DNA from: Octopus bimaculoides
Lineage: Eukaryota
Direction: 5' to 3'
Length of the DNA stretch: 64,000 bases
NCBI RefSeq assembly: GCF_001194135.2
Contig: NC_069001.1
Location: 22,823,108 to 22,887,107, forward strand
The notes beneath the pieces were generated by a model. The model was given only the letters and a program-made list of their open reading frames with translations. It ran no database searches and was not told where the DNA came from. Every line of letters begins with the position of its first letter. The first letter of the stretch is position 1. Below, in pieces: positions 35,789-48,930 of the stretch. A program made the translations under genes and the position numbers.

Positions 35789-35924
35789 TATTACTATACA
35801 TCTAATAAGCTGACCTGCCAGCTTTCTTTTTTTTTTTATTCTGGACTGAAGGAGACAGCTGTAATGACAGTTTGAACATACTCTGCTAAACACTGTTTGT
35901 CACAGCTGCCTAGTTCACAGAATG

Positions 35925-37620
35925 CAGTCAGGACATGAAGAAAATTTGGGAGTTAACTACACAAAGTTTTGAAATAAACTGGGGAAAATGCTATAGAATA
36001 TTATGAAATGCTCGAGACTGCTTATGGATTAACTTGTATGAGCTGAGCATCTATTTTTTTGCAGGTACAAGCAGTTTAAGAATGGTAGAGAGCAGGTGAG
36101 AGATGATGAAAGGTATGGGACTGAAGGGGGGTATCAGAACACCAGAGCTGGTTGATTGAAAAAATTCACAGCTTTCTGGGTGAAGATTGTCATGGACCTA
36201 TCAAAGCAATTAGTTTGAAGCTGGTGTGGCAACTGTACACAGAATTATTCATGAAACTCTGAATATGTGCAAAATTTGTTCCCAAAGTGCTCAGTGACAG
36301 GCAGAAGGAAATACATGTTGGCTATTTCTTTACTGCCCAGAAGGGGCTACACACAGAGGGCACAAACAAGGACAGACAAACGGATTAAGTTGATTATATC
36401 GACCCACTGCGTAACTGGTACTTATTTAATCGACCCCAAAAGGATGAAAGGCAAAGTCGACCTCGGCGGAATTTGAACTCAGAACGTAGCGGCAGACGAA
36501 ATACTGCTAAGCATTTCGCCCGGCGTGCTAACGTTTCTTATTTCTTTACTGCCCACAAGGGGCTACACACAGAGGAGACAAANNNNNNNNNNAATCGACC
36601 CCAAAAGGATGAAAGGCAAAGTCGACCTCGGCGGAATTTGAACTCAGAACGTAGCGGCAGACGAAATACTGCTAAGCATTTCGCCCGGCGTGCTAACGTT
36701 TCTTATTTCTTTACTGCCCACAAGGGGCTACACACAGAGGAGACAAATGGATTAAGTCGATTATATCGACCCCAGTGCATAACTGGTATTTATTTAATCG
36801 ACCCCGAAAGGATGAAAGGCAAAGTTGACCTCGGCAGAATTTGAACTCAGATTGTAGCGTCAGACGAAATACCGCTAAGCATTTCGCATGGTGTGCTAAC
36901 GTTTCTACCAGCTGCCAACTTAGGAAATACATGTTGGTGACAACAGGAAAATGGTTGAGCTCATTGCCACTAATCCAAGAGTACTTGAGTTTCTGGTGAC
37001 CTGTGTCAAAAGTTGGTTCTACCATTATGACCCAGAGACCAAGGGACAGAGTACCAAATGAAAGCATCCTGACTCCCACAGATCCAAGAACACCAAGCAA
37101 AGTGAATCTACTGGGAAGCTCATAATGATATCCTTTCCCGACAGCAAGGGCATCATATACATCCACAGGGCTCCTTCTGGCCAGACAGTCAACAAAGAGT
37201 ACTTTGTAGAGATTTTGAGCAAGTTCAAGAAGAGGTATTGCTGCAAAAGGTTAGAACTCCTCCACTCAGGAACCTGTATCAGGACAATGCACAATTCCAC
37301 AATTCTATTCTGATGACCAACTTACTTGACTGGGACGAGCATCAAAATTATTCCTCACCCTCCACACAGTGCAGGCCTTGATTTCTATGATTTTTTGGGT
37401 TGTTCCTCAAGCTGAAGGTGAACCACAGAAACAGTCATTTTGAAGACCTTGAGAAGCTGAAGAAGACAAAAAGGAAATCCTTCACTTTGGAGGAATTCCA
37501 TGGGGCCTTCACAGAGTAGCTGGAGTGCAACAAGTGCATTGAAGTCGAGGAATCCTGCTTTGATGGAGATTTGTACTTTTATCAAATTAATAAATGTTTC
37601 TTCTGAAAAAAGTCTCAAAA
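35925..37620 (+). mobile_element. Mariner transposon remnant, split by a SINE concatemer
   Basis: N-terminal EMLETAYG...FKNGREQVRDDE; after removing the insert PKVLSDRQKEIHVGDNRKMVELI...SWFYHYDPETKGQS; ...DSKGII...GQTVNKEYFVEIL; HQDNA. Confidence 0.85.
36322..36921 (-). mobile_element. SINE family B concatemer with 16-bp TSD
   Basis: TSD aggaaatacatgttgg at 36306-36321 and 36922-36937; two to three ~215-bp head-to-tail units (the middle one spans a 10-N gap). Confidence 0.85.
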
Positions 37621-39969
37621 TCTCTGGAATGTTACTTCATGTCTTGGAAAGCAAATCAATGATCAAAATGTTCCAACTGAGACGATTTATCTTTACTCAG
37701 CATAAACCCCAGTGCTTTACTGGTACTTACTTTATCAACTTTGAAAGGATGAAAGGCAAAGTCGACTTCAGTGGAATTTGAACCCAGAACACGAAGACAG
37801 ATGAAATACTGCTAAGCAGTTCACCCGGCATATTAACAATTCTGCCAGTTCAGCACCTTAATCTTTAATCAACGTTATGGAAACAGAACCACAGCATTAT
37901 TCAATATATGTTCTAAAACAGCAGAGTGTGATTTGAGGAAGATTTGAAAAGCTACACAGATGTTCACTTAAGTTTTCAGAAAAATTAGATGTTTAGCTGG
38001 ATGTAAATCAGTGCCACACTTATTTATGCATTTATGCTGAGACTAAACCTGCTAGTTTTTATTGTTGTGAGTCTAACTATCACCTTAGATTTACTTTCAT
38101 ATACTGAGCCACTGCTTTTAACCCTTTAGCATTTGGATTACTGTATAACATACTGTAAAATGTAATGTTTATTCATAATGTTTTGAATTAATCATTTATT
38201 GTTTTGTAGCTTTGAGATTTTGATGATGTGATTATTTATTTTTAGAATGATACAATTGCCAGGAGCATGATACATGCTACTGGGTCATACTTGATTAGGT
38301 GCTGTTTTTACTAACTTTTAAGTTAAGCTCTATAGATTTTCTATATAATTCAGAGCTAACACTGCAATTTACAATGTTTCTTAAAAAAATATGTCTGTAT
38401 AAACAATGCGATCAAAGACAGAAAAAAATTAAGAGATGGGTGTATATTCATATTTCAAAAGTTATTGTCGTTTCATCAGGATCCTCATCTGACACATCAA
38501 CTATCCATGAACACTTAATATATTTTGCAGTATATTATGATTGTAAAATGAAATACTGTGGCCTTGCCAGCAAATAAACAGACATACCAGTTGTTTTTAC
38601 TAAGTGTCTTAAGTGCCTCTGTAGTGAAGAGGCTGATATAGACACTTTTTAACAAGTTGACTCATGACCTCAGCAGACCATCTAAAAGTTGACAACTGGA
38701 GAGAGAGAGAGAGAAGGGTGGGGTAAGCCAGTACTAAACTGGTACTCCTTTTTAGCTAAGTAAACTGGAGTAAAGTAAAAGGAAGGGCCTTGCTGGAAGA
38801 TACAATGCACCATCCTATCAGAGAACTGAACCTGCAACCTTATGATCATGAGCCTAGCACTCAAACATCTATACATACATATGCACACACATGCATACAC
38901 AAACATAGACGTGTGTGTGTGTATGTATGTATCAAAAAATATTACAGAATTCTTGTTCATAAGAACGAAATCAAAGAAAAAAACCTGATTAAAGACCTCA
39001 ATATCTGTTGATAGCATTGTAGAGTATATATATTTATTAAAATCAAAAACTTTGATTACTGACAGATGTGCCCTGGTTTCTTCTCCCAACAAAAGAAATG
39101 CAGGCACAGCTGTCAGTAATCAAAGTTTGAATGTGTGTGTGTGTGTGTGTGTGAGGTAGCTTTCCTTCTTGCTTGGGAAGAAAGCTAATTATTAGTCTGC
39201 AATTGTAAAGATTCAATCGCTGATAGGCTTTCAGTGTCTTATTAACCTTTATTTGCACTCTGTGAATGTTGCATTAATGCATACATTTCAATTAAACTCT
39301 TTCTGAACCAGCTGTAAATTAGGGTCAGCTGTGGTTACTCCTAATTTAGCAGCCAGCTGAAAATGGACAGGTTTTAAAATGGAACTGTACTTTGTGAGGT
39401 TTCAGTGATTCTATTATCATTTTGCTCGCTCTGTTTTCATGTTGAAATAATGACTGTATAATTAGTGATAGTTGAAACATCAGAGAGTTTAACACAACAC
39501 ACAAAACCCAACATTGTAAGGGAAAGAAATTAACTAATACGTTGCTTTTAATTGGAAAGTTAGAAGATAGCAAGGTAGCAATTGATCAGCTTTAGGATTT
39601 TATGAAACATTAATTAATAAATATGATGCAGCAATTTCAGTCAAAACAATTATTAACATTAAAATATATATATGCATGTGTGTGTATATGTGTGTGTGCA
39701 CGTGTACATGTATGTGCATACATGCATATATTATACTTTATATGTGTATGTATTTATACTTGTCTTTGGAGTTTTGTTTTGCTTTGTTTTAAACCAATTG
39801 TCAATTGCTGAGTGTATACAATTTCAGTCATTTGTAATGTAATTATGTATTAGTATGTATGAACTACACACACACACACACACACTGTGTATCTACATAT
39901 ATGCATGTGTATACACAATCTATACATATCTCTCCCCATTATATGTGTGTATGAATGTATATATATATA

Positions 39970-40028
<59 letters not shown>

Positions 40029-40608
40029 TTATATATATATAGATATATATGTATGTTTGTGTGTATATATATATATATATATATATACAATGGGTTTCTT
40101 TCAGTTTCCATCTACCAAATCCACTCACAAGGTTTTGGTCAGCCCAAGGCTATAATAGAAGACACTTGCCCAAGGTGCTACACAGTGGAACTGAACCTGG
40201 AACTATGTGGTTGGTAAGCAAGCTAGTTACCACACAGCCACTCCTTGTATGCATTCATATACACACATAATTATATATATAAAATTTCTGAACCAAAAGG
40301 TTTCAGAAATTGTATATCTGAATTTTCCATGTGGTTCATGTTATTTTGACCAAAGTTGTTGACTTTGTTTGTATAATTATTATTTTCTGTAAATGATTGC
40401 GCAGCAGTTGTTGGTCTTCATTGTATAATTAGTGGAGAGTAATGATTAGATCTGAAAGTGTCAATCGTATTTGTATGCTAGATACACCCTCAAAAACTAT
40501 ATAATGGATGAAATCAAAGGTGTTAGCAATGAATTAAATGCTGTTGGGCTTCCAGTTCATGCCTGGCTTATTGCTGTTTCAGATTCCATAATTTTGATTC
40601 TCACTCTT

Positions 40609-40646
<38 letters not shown>

Positions 40647-40792
40647 CAGACACTAAATTTCTGTCTATTCAGCTGTCTTTTCTTCATTTTCTTCATTTGT
40701 TTCATCCTCTCTCTTCTGATACTTGGTTTTATATATTTTTGTCCATAGCACTTTTTATCCATCTCTTTCTCTGTCATTCTTTCTCTCATTTC

Positions 40793-40828
<36 letters not shown>

Positions 40829-42971
40829 GTCTTGAATCTTATCTATATCATTGTTTATTTTTTAAAAATTTCTCTCCTTTATGTCTGATAATATCTATAT
40901 ATTTCTTTCTTACCTCTTTTCAGTTCTCTCTCTCTCTCTCTCGTTCACTCTCTCCTGCCTATCACCTTGGCAACCATTTTTCTTGAAAGAGAAGAGAGAC
41001 TGCAGTAAAATGTAAGACCTCACCATCAGGGAATATTTCCCAAAGACTGGCCATCCTCTTCCTAGCCAGAAAATACTCAGTTCCCAATAGTTACCAACCT
41101 TCTACAGTGAGAACAGCAATAGAATATTGGCTTTTGAAATTTTGACAAAAGGCCACTAATTTGAGGGGAAAGAGTAAGTTAATTAGATTGACTCCAGTAC
41201 TCGACTGGTATTTATTTTATTAACACTGAAAGTTTGAAAGGCAAAGTCAACTTTGGAGAAATTTGAACTCAGAATGTAAAAATGGAAGAAATGCTATAAA
41301 TAGTTTGCCTGGAATGCTAATGATTCTGCCAGCTCACCACCTTGAAGAACAGCCATAGTACTGCAACAATACATACAGACACCTTAGACTACACCCAAAA
41401 CAAGGTGTCTCATGAAGTCACACTCATGCTTTTCTGTCAATTTGCAGGTGTTCAACAGCAAAAAAAAACACAAAACTAGTTAGAAGAAATGTCTGGTTTT
41501 TCCTTCCCCTTCCCCCGTTCACTTGGTCAAAGAATAATGTTAGGCAGGCCAGCGATATTTTCATCTAATTATAACTTTTAACCCTCCTGCAGTTATTTTT
41601 TATGATAAAAACATTGAAAATAATCAAACCTCTATAATGTCACTTAAACTACACTGACAAATTTTCATTTTTATTTACTGTGTCTCAATGAAGTTGCAAT
41701 ACCCATGACCATTGCAAGCCTTTATCACCAGAAAACATGATATTGTTAACATCCTGCTTAAACTATTGAAGTTAGGTACTGTAGAAGACCCATGAGCATG
41801 GAAGGAACTCCAGCCAGATTACATTCTGGATAGGAGTAGGATTATGGACTAGTGTAGGAACTGGAGGGCTCAACACTGTTCAGATGATGAACAGAGGAGA
41901 GTTGAGTAAACTGGGAATGCCTAAGTCGAGCTAGAATGAAATCAGCCAGCACTGAGAAACTTTTATAGTAGTGGTTGAAAAGGTAGAGAGAGGAGACTGC
42001 ATGCCAACAGTGAACTAGAAATAATTGTTACTGAAAAACCCCTATTTGTCATTGAGGAATATTATTTTAATTACCTCAGCCTTGGAGTGGATTTGGTTGA
42101 GAGAAAATGAAAGAAGCCTATTGTATATATGCATATACACACATATATACATGTGCGCTCGCATGTGTGTGCCTTTGTATTTGAGTTGTGTTTATCCCTC
42201 GATACTGCTTGACGACTGATGTTGGTTTGCTTACCTCCCCAAAACTTAGCTGTTTGGCAAAAGAGACTGATATTATATGTGCCAGATTTTAAAAATAAGT
42301 ACTGAGGTTGTTCTGTTTGACCAAAACCTTCAATGTGGTACTTAAACATGGCTGCAGACTGAAACAAGTAAAGAACCACAGATAAAAGAACTTCAGGAGA
42401 CAACTCAGGGCATGTTTCAGTTTACTAAGACATCATCAGCAAAGCATAAAATTTCTGTTTTTGTTAAAATAATAAAAACAATGTTAGTTATTCATCACTA
42501 TTTTTTTTTCTTTCCTATTTGATTATTTCCATTTAGTTTTTAATACTTTTTACACAAATATATTAGCACAAACTTAACTATTCTTTTTCATGCCAATTTA
42601 ACATCACTGTGTAATCTATTATGAGAGGTGATACACACACCTACTGATTGGTTATATGAACACCAATGTACACACCTACAGCACTCAGAAACCATTTACA
42701 CTGCAACCGGAAATAATGATTCTTTACAACTGGCAGAAGGCCATACATTTACCAGAGATGGCTTAGAGTCTATTGAATCAATTCCATTACATGACTGGCA
42801 AATATTTTATTGACCCCTAAACAGATAAAAGACATAGTTGGTACTGATGGGATTTGTACTTGGAATACAGAAGCACATAACTAAACACATTAAGACATTT
42901 AGCCTGGCACTCTACCATTTTACTTTCTCTACTACCGTTAATGGTTTCTTACATTGGCACAATGCCACCCA

Positions 42972-43033
<62 letters not shown>

Positions 43034-44549
43034 GAGGGGTGGGTAGATACAACTGAATTGGCTTTGGTACATGACTAGAAAGTAATACTGAACCTCGTGA
43101 GATTTGAACTCAGTATGTAAAATGACAGAATTATATACTGACAATGATAAAGCACAACAATAGAAATCAGTAATGAGGTGAGCCGCTCCATGGTCACTTG
43201 CTATGCTAGAAATCACAGCAAAATCTCCATCATATCGCACCATACCATCATTAAATAATAAAGTTGTAGATGCACTATGCTTGTAAAGTAAATTATGAGA
43301 AGGCCATAGTTGGAATGTATTTAATTATAGTTTCAATTGATCAGAGCTGATATGGAACTAAATAACAATAAATAAATTACTTCTGTTGTCTACTGACTAC
43401 TGTAGAACATGAATATCTTCTTTGTTCTTTAAGTAGCCACAACTAAGATGTGTTTCACCATACTGCACCAAGAATCTCAACACCCACCCCCATTAACTTT
43501 GGTAGATTCTTTTATTCATGTTGTGTGTCTCAACCAATAACATCAATATAGTTGAATAGTCTTCTTCTACTATGAGATTGTGAAAGTCTCCAAGATATAA
43601 CATATAGTATGGCCTGGTGTTTAGCAGGAGAGCAGTGGCCAGCAGAACCTACCCTGCATTGAGCTATAGTAACAGAGACAGATAGAGTGTGTCATCAACT
43701 GCTTATTTGGTCTTGTTCTCATGCCATGATATGCTTTGATCCCCTATGAAATGTTTAAGTATATCAACAAAATAATCATGGAGCTTCTTATAGTATAGGT
43801 TTTGGGCTCCATAGTGAAGTATGTTTCTGCATTGTCCTGAAGAAAGCCAACCCTTTAGCATGCTTATTTATTCACATTGTCTTGCATTTATTCTGCATTA
43901 TCTTGTAGCTTTGAGATTTTGATTGAGTAACTGTATATTTTTGTAGGGAAGGTGAGAAAAGCTGGATCTGGCCACTTTGAACATAAAATAGGAACAATAT
44001 TTTGGCTGGATATGGCTGCTTTAAATGCCTGATTTCTAGATGTTGTGCAGCTTCTGATAAGGCCAGTCTTGTCCCTTGCATGTCAGAAAGTCTTTTATTA
44101 TTACCAAACGTAAAGGACCAATCAATGCTTAGATGGCTAACATAAAACCTATTGGCCTGTGGTAGATGGTTTGTTAATTACTTTATGGAAAGAATAACAA
44201 AATTAACACATCCTCTTTAGAATGAATTAATTGCTTCAGACTAGGAAGGGTTTAGAAATAAAATAACTGTAAATATAAAATTTTTGACTATCACGACTAC
44301 AGAAGTGTGATTTTTGAATATACAGTATGTAAGTCATTGAAATTCTGGACAGGAAACAATATTCAACATTATTTCACTTCTCTTAGCTATCAGGAATAAA
44401 TGAGATAACATGTGAATGCAGCTTGCCATATACTCTTATATAATTCAAGGGTGGATATATATAACATACACTTAGTATAAAAATAAGGATGTCTCTAGTC
44501 AAACTCCATGTGGTTGCTTACTGTGTTTGAACTAGCAGTTACATTTCCC

Positions 44550-45260
44550 TTAACCTCTCAGTGCTGGGCTCCTGAGCAAAAGAAGGAATAGTTGTATACA
44601 CAGTTCCAGGCACTCTAATGGACAGAATCACAAAAGGTTTCAGGAGAATAACAATAGGACTATCACTGAACTACTGTACTTGTTCACTGCAGGCAAACTA
44701 ATCGACAGAATCACAAAAAAAATTCAGGCGAATGCCAATAATAGGCTTACTTTCAACAACCATATTTGTTCACCTGAATCGTTGTTTTCATCATCACTTT
44801 CACCTGTTTAATTGTCTAAATCACTTTCATTGTCTGCATAAGGGTAAACTCATTGTCCAAAGAATAAATATCATCAATAATTTCCTCAACTGTGAAGAGT
44901 CTGGGCCTTGCCCATTTATCAGACAAAAGGCTGGGTTCATTACAGGCTCATTTCATTCTGTTTTTTTTTTTTTTTGTTTTCTGATTAAAAACAAAAGTAA
45001 ACAACAACTATGGTTGACACCATTAACAATGAGTGATAAACACTCACAACTACAAAGCTGCAACATGATCAGTTGTCTATTTTTAGTATTCTATCTTCTT
45101 CTCTATGTTTGTTGTTCATTACTACTTTAGAGGGACCCTGGTAGAGATTACATTTACTTCAGAAAAGGGAGCAACAAATTAGTTTATGTAGTCTAAGATA
45201 TTTCATGTCATTCAGTCATGAATGGAATGCCTTAGATCATAGCTCCACCCAGTCACAGCT
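44550..45260 (-). mobile_element. piggyBac-like transposase 5' remnant, copy 1
   Basis: Acidic N-terminus ARPRLFTVEEIIDDIYSLDNEF/PYADNESDLDN*TGESDDENNDSGEQIWL; TTAA-cctctcagtgct at 44550; duplicated at 47420-48060. Confidence 0.4.
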
Positions 45261-45550
45261 GACCTGGGATTAAACAATAGAAACAACTATTAAACTGGAG
45301 CAAAGCATGTTTTGATAATACTTTATTAGGAAATATATCTCAGTATGGAGAGTTAAAAGTTTGACATAGAATCAGTAAGAAACTTGCACCCCCATCATTA
45401 AAAGAATCCTTTTTAAATGGTTCTCAATCTTATAGTTCTGGGTTCAGCCCTACTGTGTGGCACCTTGAGCAAGTGTCTTCTACTATAACCTCAGTTTGAC
45501 CCAAACCTTGTGAGTGGATTTGGTTGACAGAAACTGATAGAAGCTTGTCG

Positions 45551-45614
<64 letters not shown>

Positions 45615-46228
45615 ATATCACAAACTTAACAAAAGCACAACAAATGGAAATATTACCAAAGCTTAACAAACAGAATATTCATAACTTATTCCTCATCAGT
45701 CAATGTCCAAAAGACCATTATAATTTCGCGCTTTTTATGTGTGTGTGTGTGTCTGTGTTTGTCCCTCACTTACCACTTGACAACTGGTGTTGGTTTGTTT
45801 ACATAACTGTAACTTAGCAGTTCAGTAAAAGAGGTTGACAGAATAAGTAACATGCTTAAAAAAGAAACAAAAAGTACTGGGGTCACTTCATTTGACTCAA
45901 AATTCTTCAAGGTGGTGCCCCAGCATGGCTGCAGTCTCACAACTTGAACAAGTAAAAGATAAAGGACAGTATCCCTTCAGATACTCCTGTATCAATTTGA
46001 GACTGCCTCGGTACTCTCATTAATGAAACAGTGATTGATCAGCTGAAAACCTCTTGATGTTGTCTTCCAAATGTGTAATAAACTAAAGCAGTATAAAAAT
46101 ATTGAGCAGTGGATCATCAAAAAGAGAGGTACAGGTGTGACTGTCTGGTTGAGAAATTCTGAGTTCACTCCACTGAGTGGCACCTTGGACAAGTATTTTT
46201 TTTTTCTATAGCCTTTGCCCGTGGGATA

Positions 46229-46282
46229 TGGCGTAGTGGTTAAGAGCGCGGGCTACTAACCCCAAGATTCTGAGTTCGATTT
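46229..46282 (+). promoter_or_regulatory. RNA polymerase III type-2 internal promoter (A and B boxes)
   Basis: A box TGGCGTAGTGG (46229-46239); B box GTTCGATTT (46274-46282, final C replaced by T). Confidence 0.6.
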
Positions 46283-46377
46283 ACGGCAGCGACCTGATTA
46301 ATAATAGTAATAATAATAATTATAATATAATAATAGTTTCATCGTTAGGAATGAGAACCCAGGTTCGAAATTTCCCC

Positions 46378-46427
46378 AAGACACCTGACGAAGGCTGGAG
46401 GGTATATCAGCCGAAACGTTGTGTTAA
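46378..46427 (+). ncRNA. Minimal type I hammerhead ribozyme
   Basis: gacac-CTGACGA-A-ggctg(gagggtatat)cagcc-GAAAC-GTT-gtgtt: complete core, helix I (4 WC + G.U), helix II (5 WC), palindromic ACGT helix III. Confidence 0.65.
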
Positions 46428-47419
46428 CAACAAACAAGATGAGGACAAATATCCGTCAAATGTAAATAATGTAAATAATTCCTCATCTCTTAAATATAGA
46501 ACTGTGTCAACCCTTCTACCTAGAAATACCTTTTGCTAGGCAAGGGTTTCAGCCCTATGCAAACCCATTTTTACCTCTGGGAAGAGGTGATCAATATTAG
46601 CCTGGCCTTTAAGGCAGTGAACTGGCAGAATCATTAGCACACTGGGCAAAATGCTTAACAGCATTTCATCTGTCATCAGATTCTGAGTTTAAATTTCACT
46701 GAGGTTAGCTTTGCCTTTCATCTCTTTAGGATCGATAAAATGAGTACCTGTTGAATACTGGGGTTGATGTAACTGACTCATCTCTCCCCTAAAATTGCTG
46801 GACCTGTGTCAAGATTCAAATCAACATTAGCCTGGCCTTTTTCTTGTGACCTGCCCAGCATGGAAACCCTACCAAGTGTTTGCACTTCACTTGCTTAGCT
46901 CTCTGGGTTACCAAAACACACACAAGGCACTACACTGTAACAAGGACTGAACCTTTTTTCATTACAACATATTTATATCCAGTTTGATTATTTCAAAGCT
47001 CTCTGCTTTATATAGAATGAAGAACTAACAACTTTTTCTTATAAGAACAATCCCAAAACAGACCAATGTACAATATAACACAGAACAGAGATAAAACAAA
47101 TGAATATTATGTGGAAACCCTATGATTTTTCACTCATGTGCTCCCATTGTAGACTGGTTAATGATCATCATTTAAATGCATAATGCATGAGCTACAGACT
47201 CTTGGTAGCTGTTTAATTAGTTTTTTGATGTTGGTTGTAATGGCAATTTGTAGGGCCCTGACCAGGGCTCCATAACAAAGGAAATGTTTTGTTTTTAAGA
47301 TGACAGAGAATGATGAATGGTTTTAGGGAGATTTTACTGCTGTTTCTAGTAGGTCTAGATACCTTGCAGAAGCTCTCTCTCATGAAAGAATAACTCTCTC
47401 TAACCTGGGCGAACCTGTG

Positions 47420-48060
47420 TCCTCCACCTGGGATCCTGAGCAAAAAAATAAATAGTTGCATTTACAGCTCAATCGTAATGATTGACGGCAAACAAATGGA
47501 CAGAATCACAAAAAAGATTAAGGAGAATAACAATAATAGGCCTATCCTTCAACAACCATATTTGTTCTCCGGAGTTGCTTCTTTCCTCATCACTTTCACC
47601 ATTTTGATTGTCCGAATCACTCTCATTGTCTGCATAAGGATAAACTTTTAGTCCAAAGAATAAATACCATCAATAATTTCCTCAACTGTGAAGAGTCTAG
47701 ACCTTTCCCATTTACCAGAAAAAGTCCTGGGTTCGTTACACACTCGTTCCATTACAAAAAAAGAAAAATCCGATATTTTTCTGATTAAAATCAAAAGTAA
47801 ACAATAACAACAACAATGGGTAACACCATTAACGAGTTATAAACACTCACAACTACAAAACTGTAACATGTTCAGTTGTCAGTTATTAGTATTCTATCTT
47901 CTTTTTCTATGTGTACTTTTCATTACTGCTTTGATGTATATGTGGACAAGATTACATTTAGGCTTTTCCATGCTATACTAGAAACAGAGCACAAGAGGGT
48001 TAAATAACAACTTACTATCCAGGAAAGGGAGCAACAAATAAGTTTATGTAATCTAAGATA
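47420..48060 (-). mobile_element. piggyBac-like transposase 5' remnant, copy 2
   Basis: RSRLFTVEEIIDGIYSLD*/PYADNESDSDNQNGESDEERSNSGEQIWL; agcacaagaggg-TTAA at 47988-48003; third partial copy at 48295-48440. Confidence 0.4.
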
Positions 48061-48067
48061 TTATTTC

Positions 48068-48291
48068 ACCTTTTAGCATTTAAACCGTCCATATCCAGCC
48101 CTAATATTCTACCTTTTTATGTTCAAAGTAGCCAGACCCAGCCTCTTACACCTACCCTACAATGTCATTCTAAATGTAAACAATCCCATTATTGAAATCT
48201 CAAAGCTACAAGATAATGCATGATTAATTCAAAGCAATATCAATAAATAAACAACACAAGAGACAGAGAAACCTGAATGCTAAAGGGTTAA
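48068..48291. mobile_element. piggyBac-type MITE
   Basis: ccttttagcatt...aatgctaaaggg-TTAA; reverse-orientation homolog of 30827-31054. Confidence 0.7.
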
Positions 48292-48614
48292 TGCTGGGTT
48301 CATTACAAAATTACTTTCCTTTTTTATTATTAAGAACGTAAGTATACAATAACTGTGAGGGACGCCATTAACAATGAGTGATGAACACACTTGACTACAA
48401 AGCTGCAATGTGAGTGTTTGTGTATTTTTAGTATCTCATCTTATTCTGCGTGTGTTGTTCATTAGCATCTTAGCAGGCATCTGGCAGAGGTGGGGGTTTA
48501 AGCTACTTAAGCTCTGGCAGGAACATGGTATGACAGGATTAAGTTATATGATCTCTGAGAGCCTGAAGGTAAATAATTTTACAATAAACATTGTAGAGTT
48601 GCAAGGACAGTACT

Positions 48615-48930
48615 TTGTGAAAGCACATAACTCAGGGGTTAGAACATTAGGCTCACATTCACAAGGTAGAGAGTTCAATTCCCGGACTTGGGCTGTGTGT
48701 GTTGTGTTCTTGAGCAAGAAACTTTATTTCACATTTCTCCAGTTCACTCAGCTGTAGAAAGGAGTTGCAACGTAACTGGTCTTTCCCTTGGATAACATCA
48801 GTGGCATGGAGAGGGGTGATTGGTATGCATGGGTGACTGCTAGTCTTCAATAAACAACCTTGCTTGGACTTGTGCCTTGGAGGGTAACTTTCTAGTTGCA
48901 AACTCATGGTCATTTGTGACCGAAGGGGGT
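48615..48930 (+). mobile_element. tRNA-derived SINE (family C-like head, different tail)
   Basis: gagttcaattcccgg B-box-like motif, gttcttgagcaagaaactttatttcac...ctccagttcactcagctg core. Confidence 0.65.

Larger units (their letters stand above)
46221..46503 (+). mobile_element. tRNA-headed SINE-like element with hammerhead-containing Penelope-like 3' part
   Basis: tRNA-like head 46221-46296, (AAT)-rich linker, hammerhead 46378-46427, tail with atgtaaata repeats. Confidence 0.7.

Noticed and set aside
46221-46296. Functional tRNA-Ser(ACT) gene
   Set aside because: The acceptor stem does not pair and the T-stem is poor; it is better explained as a SINE head.
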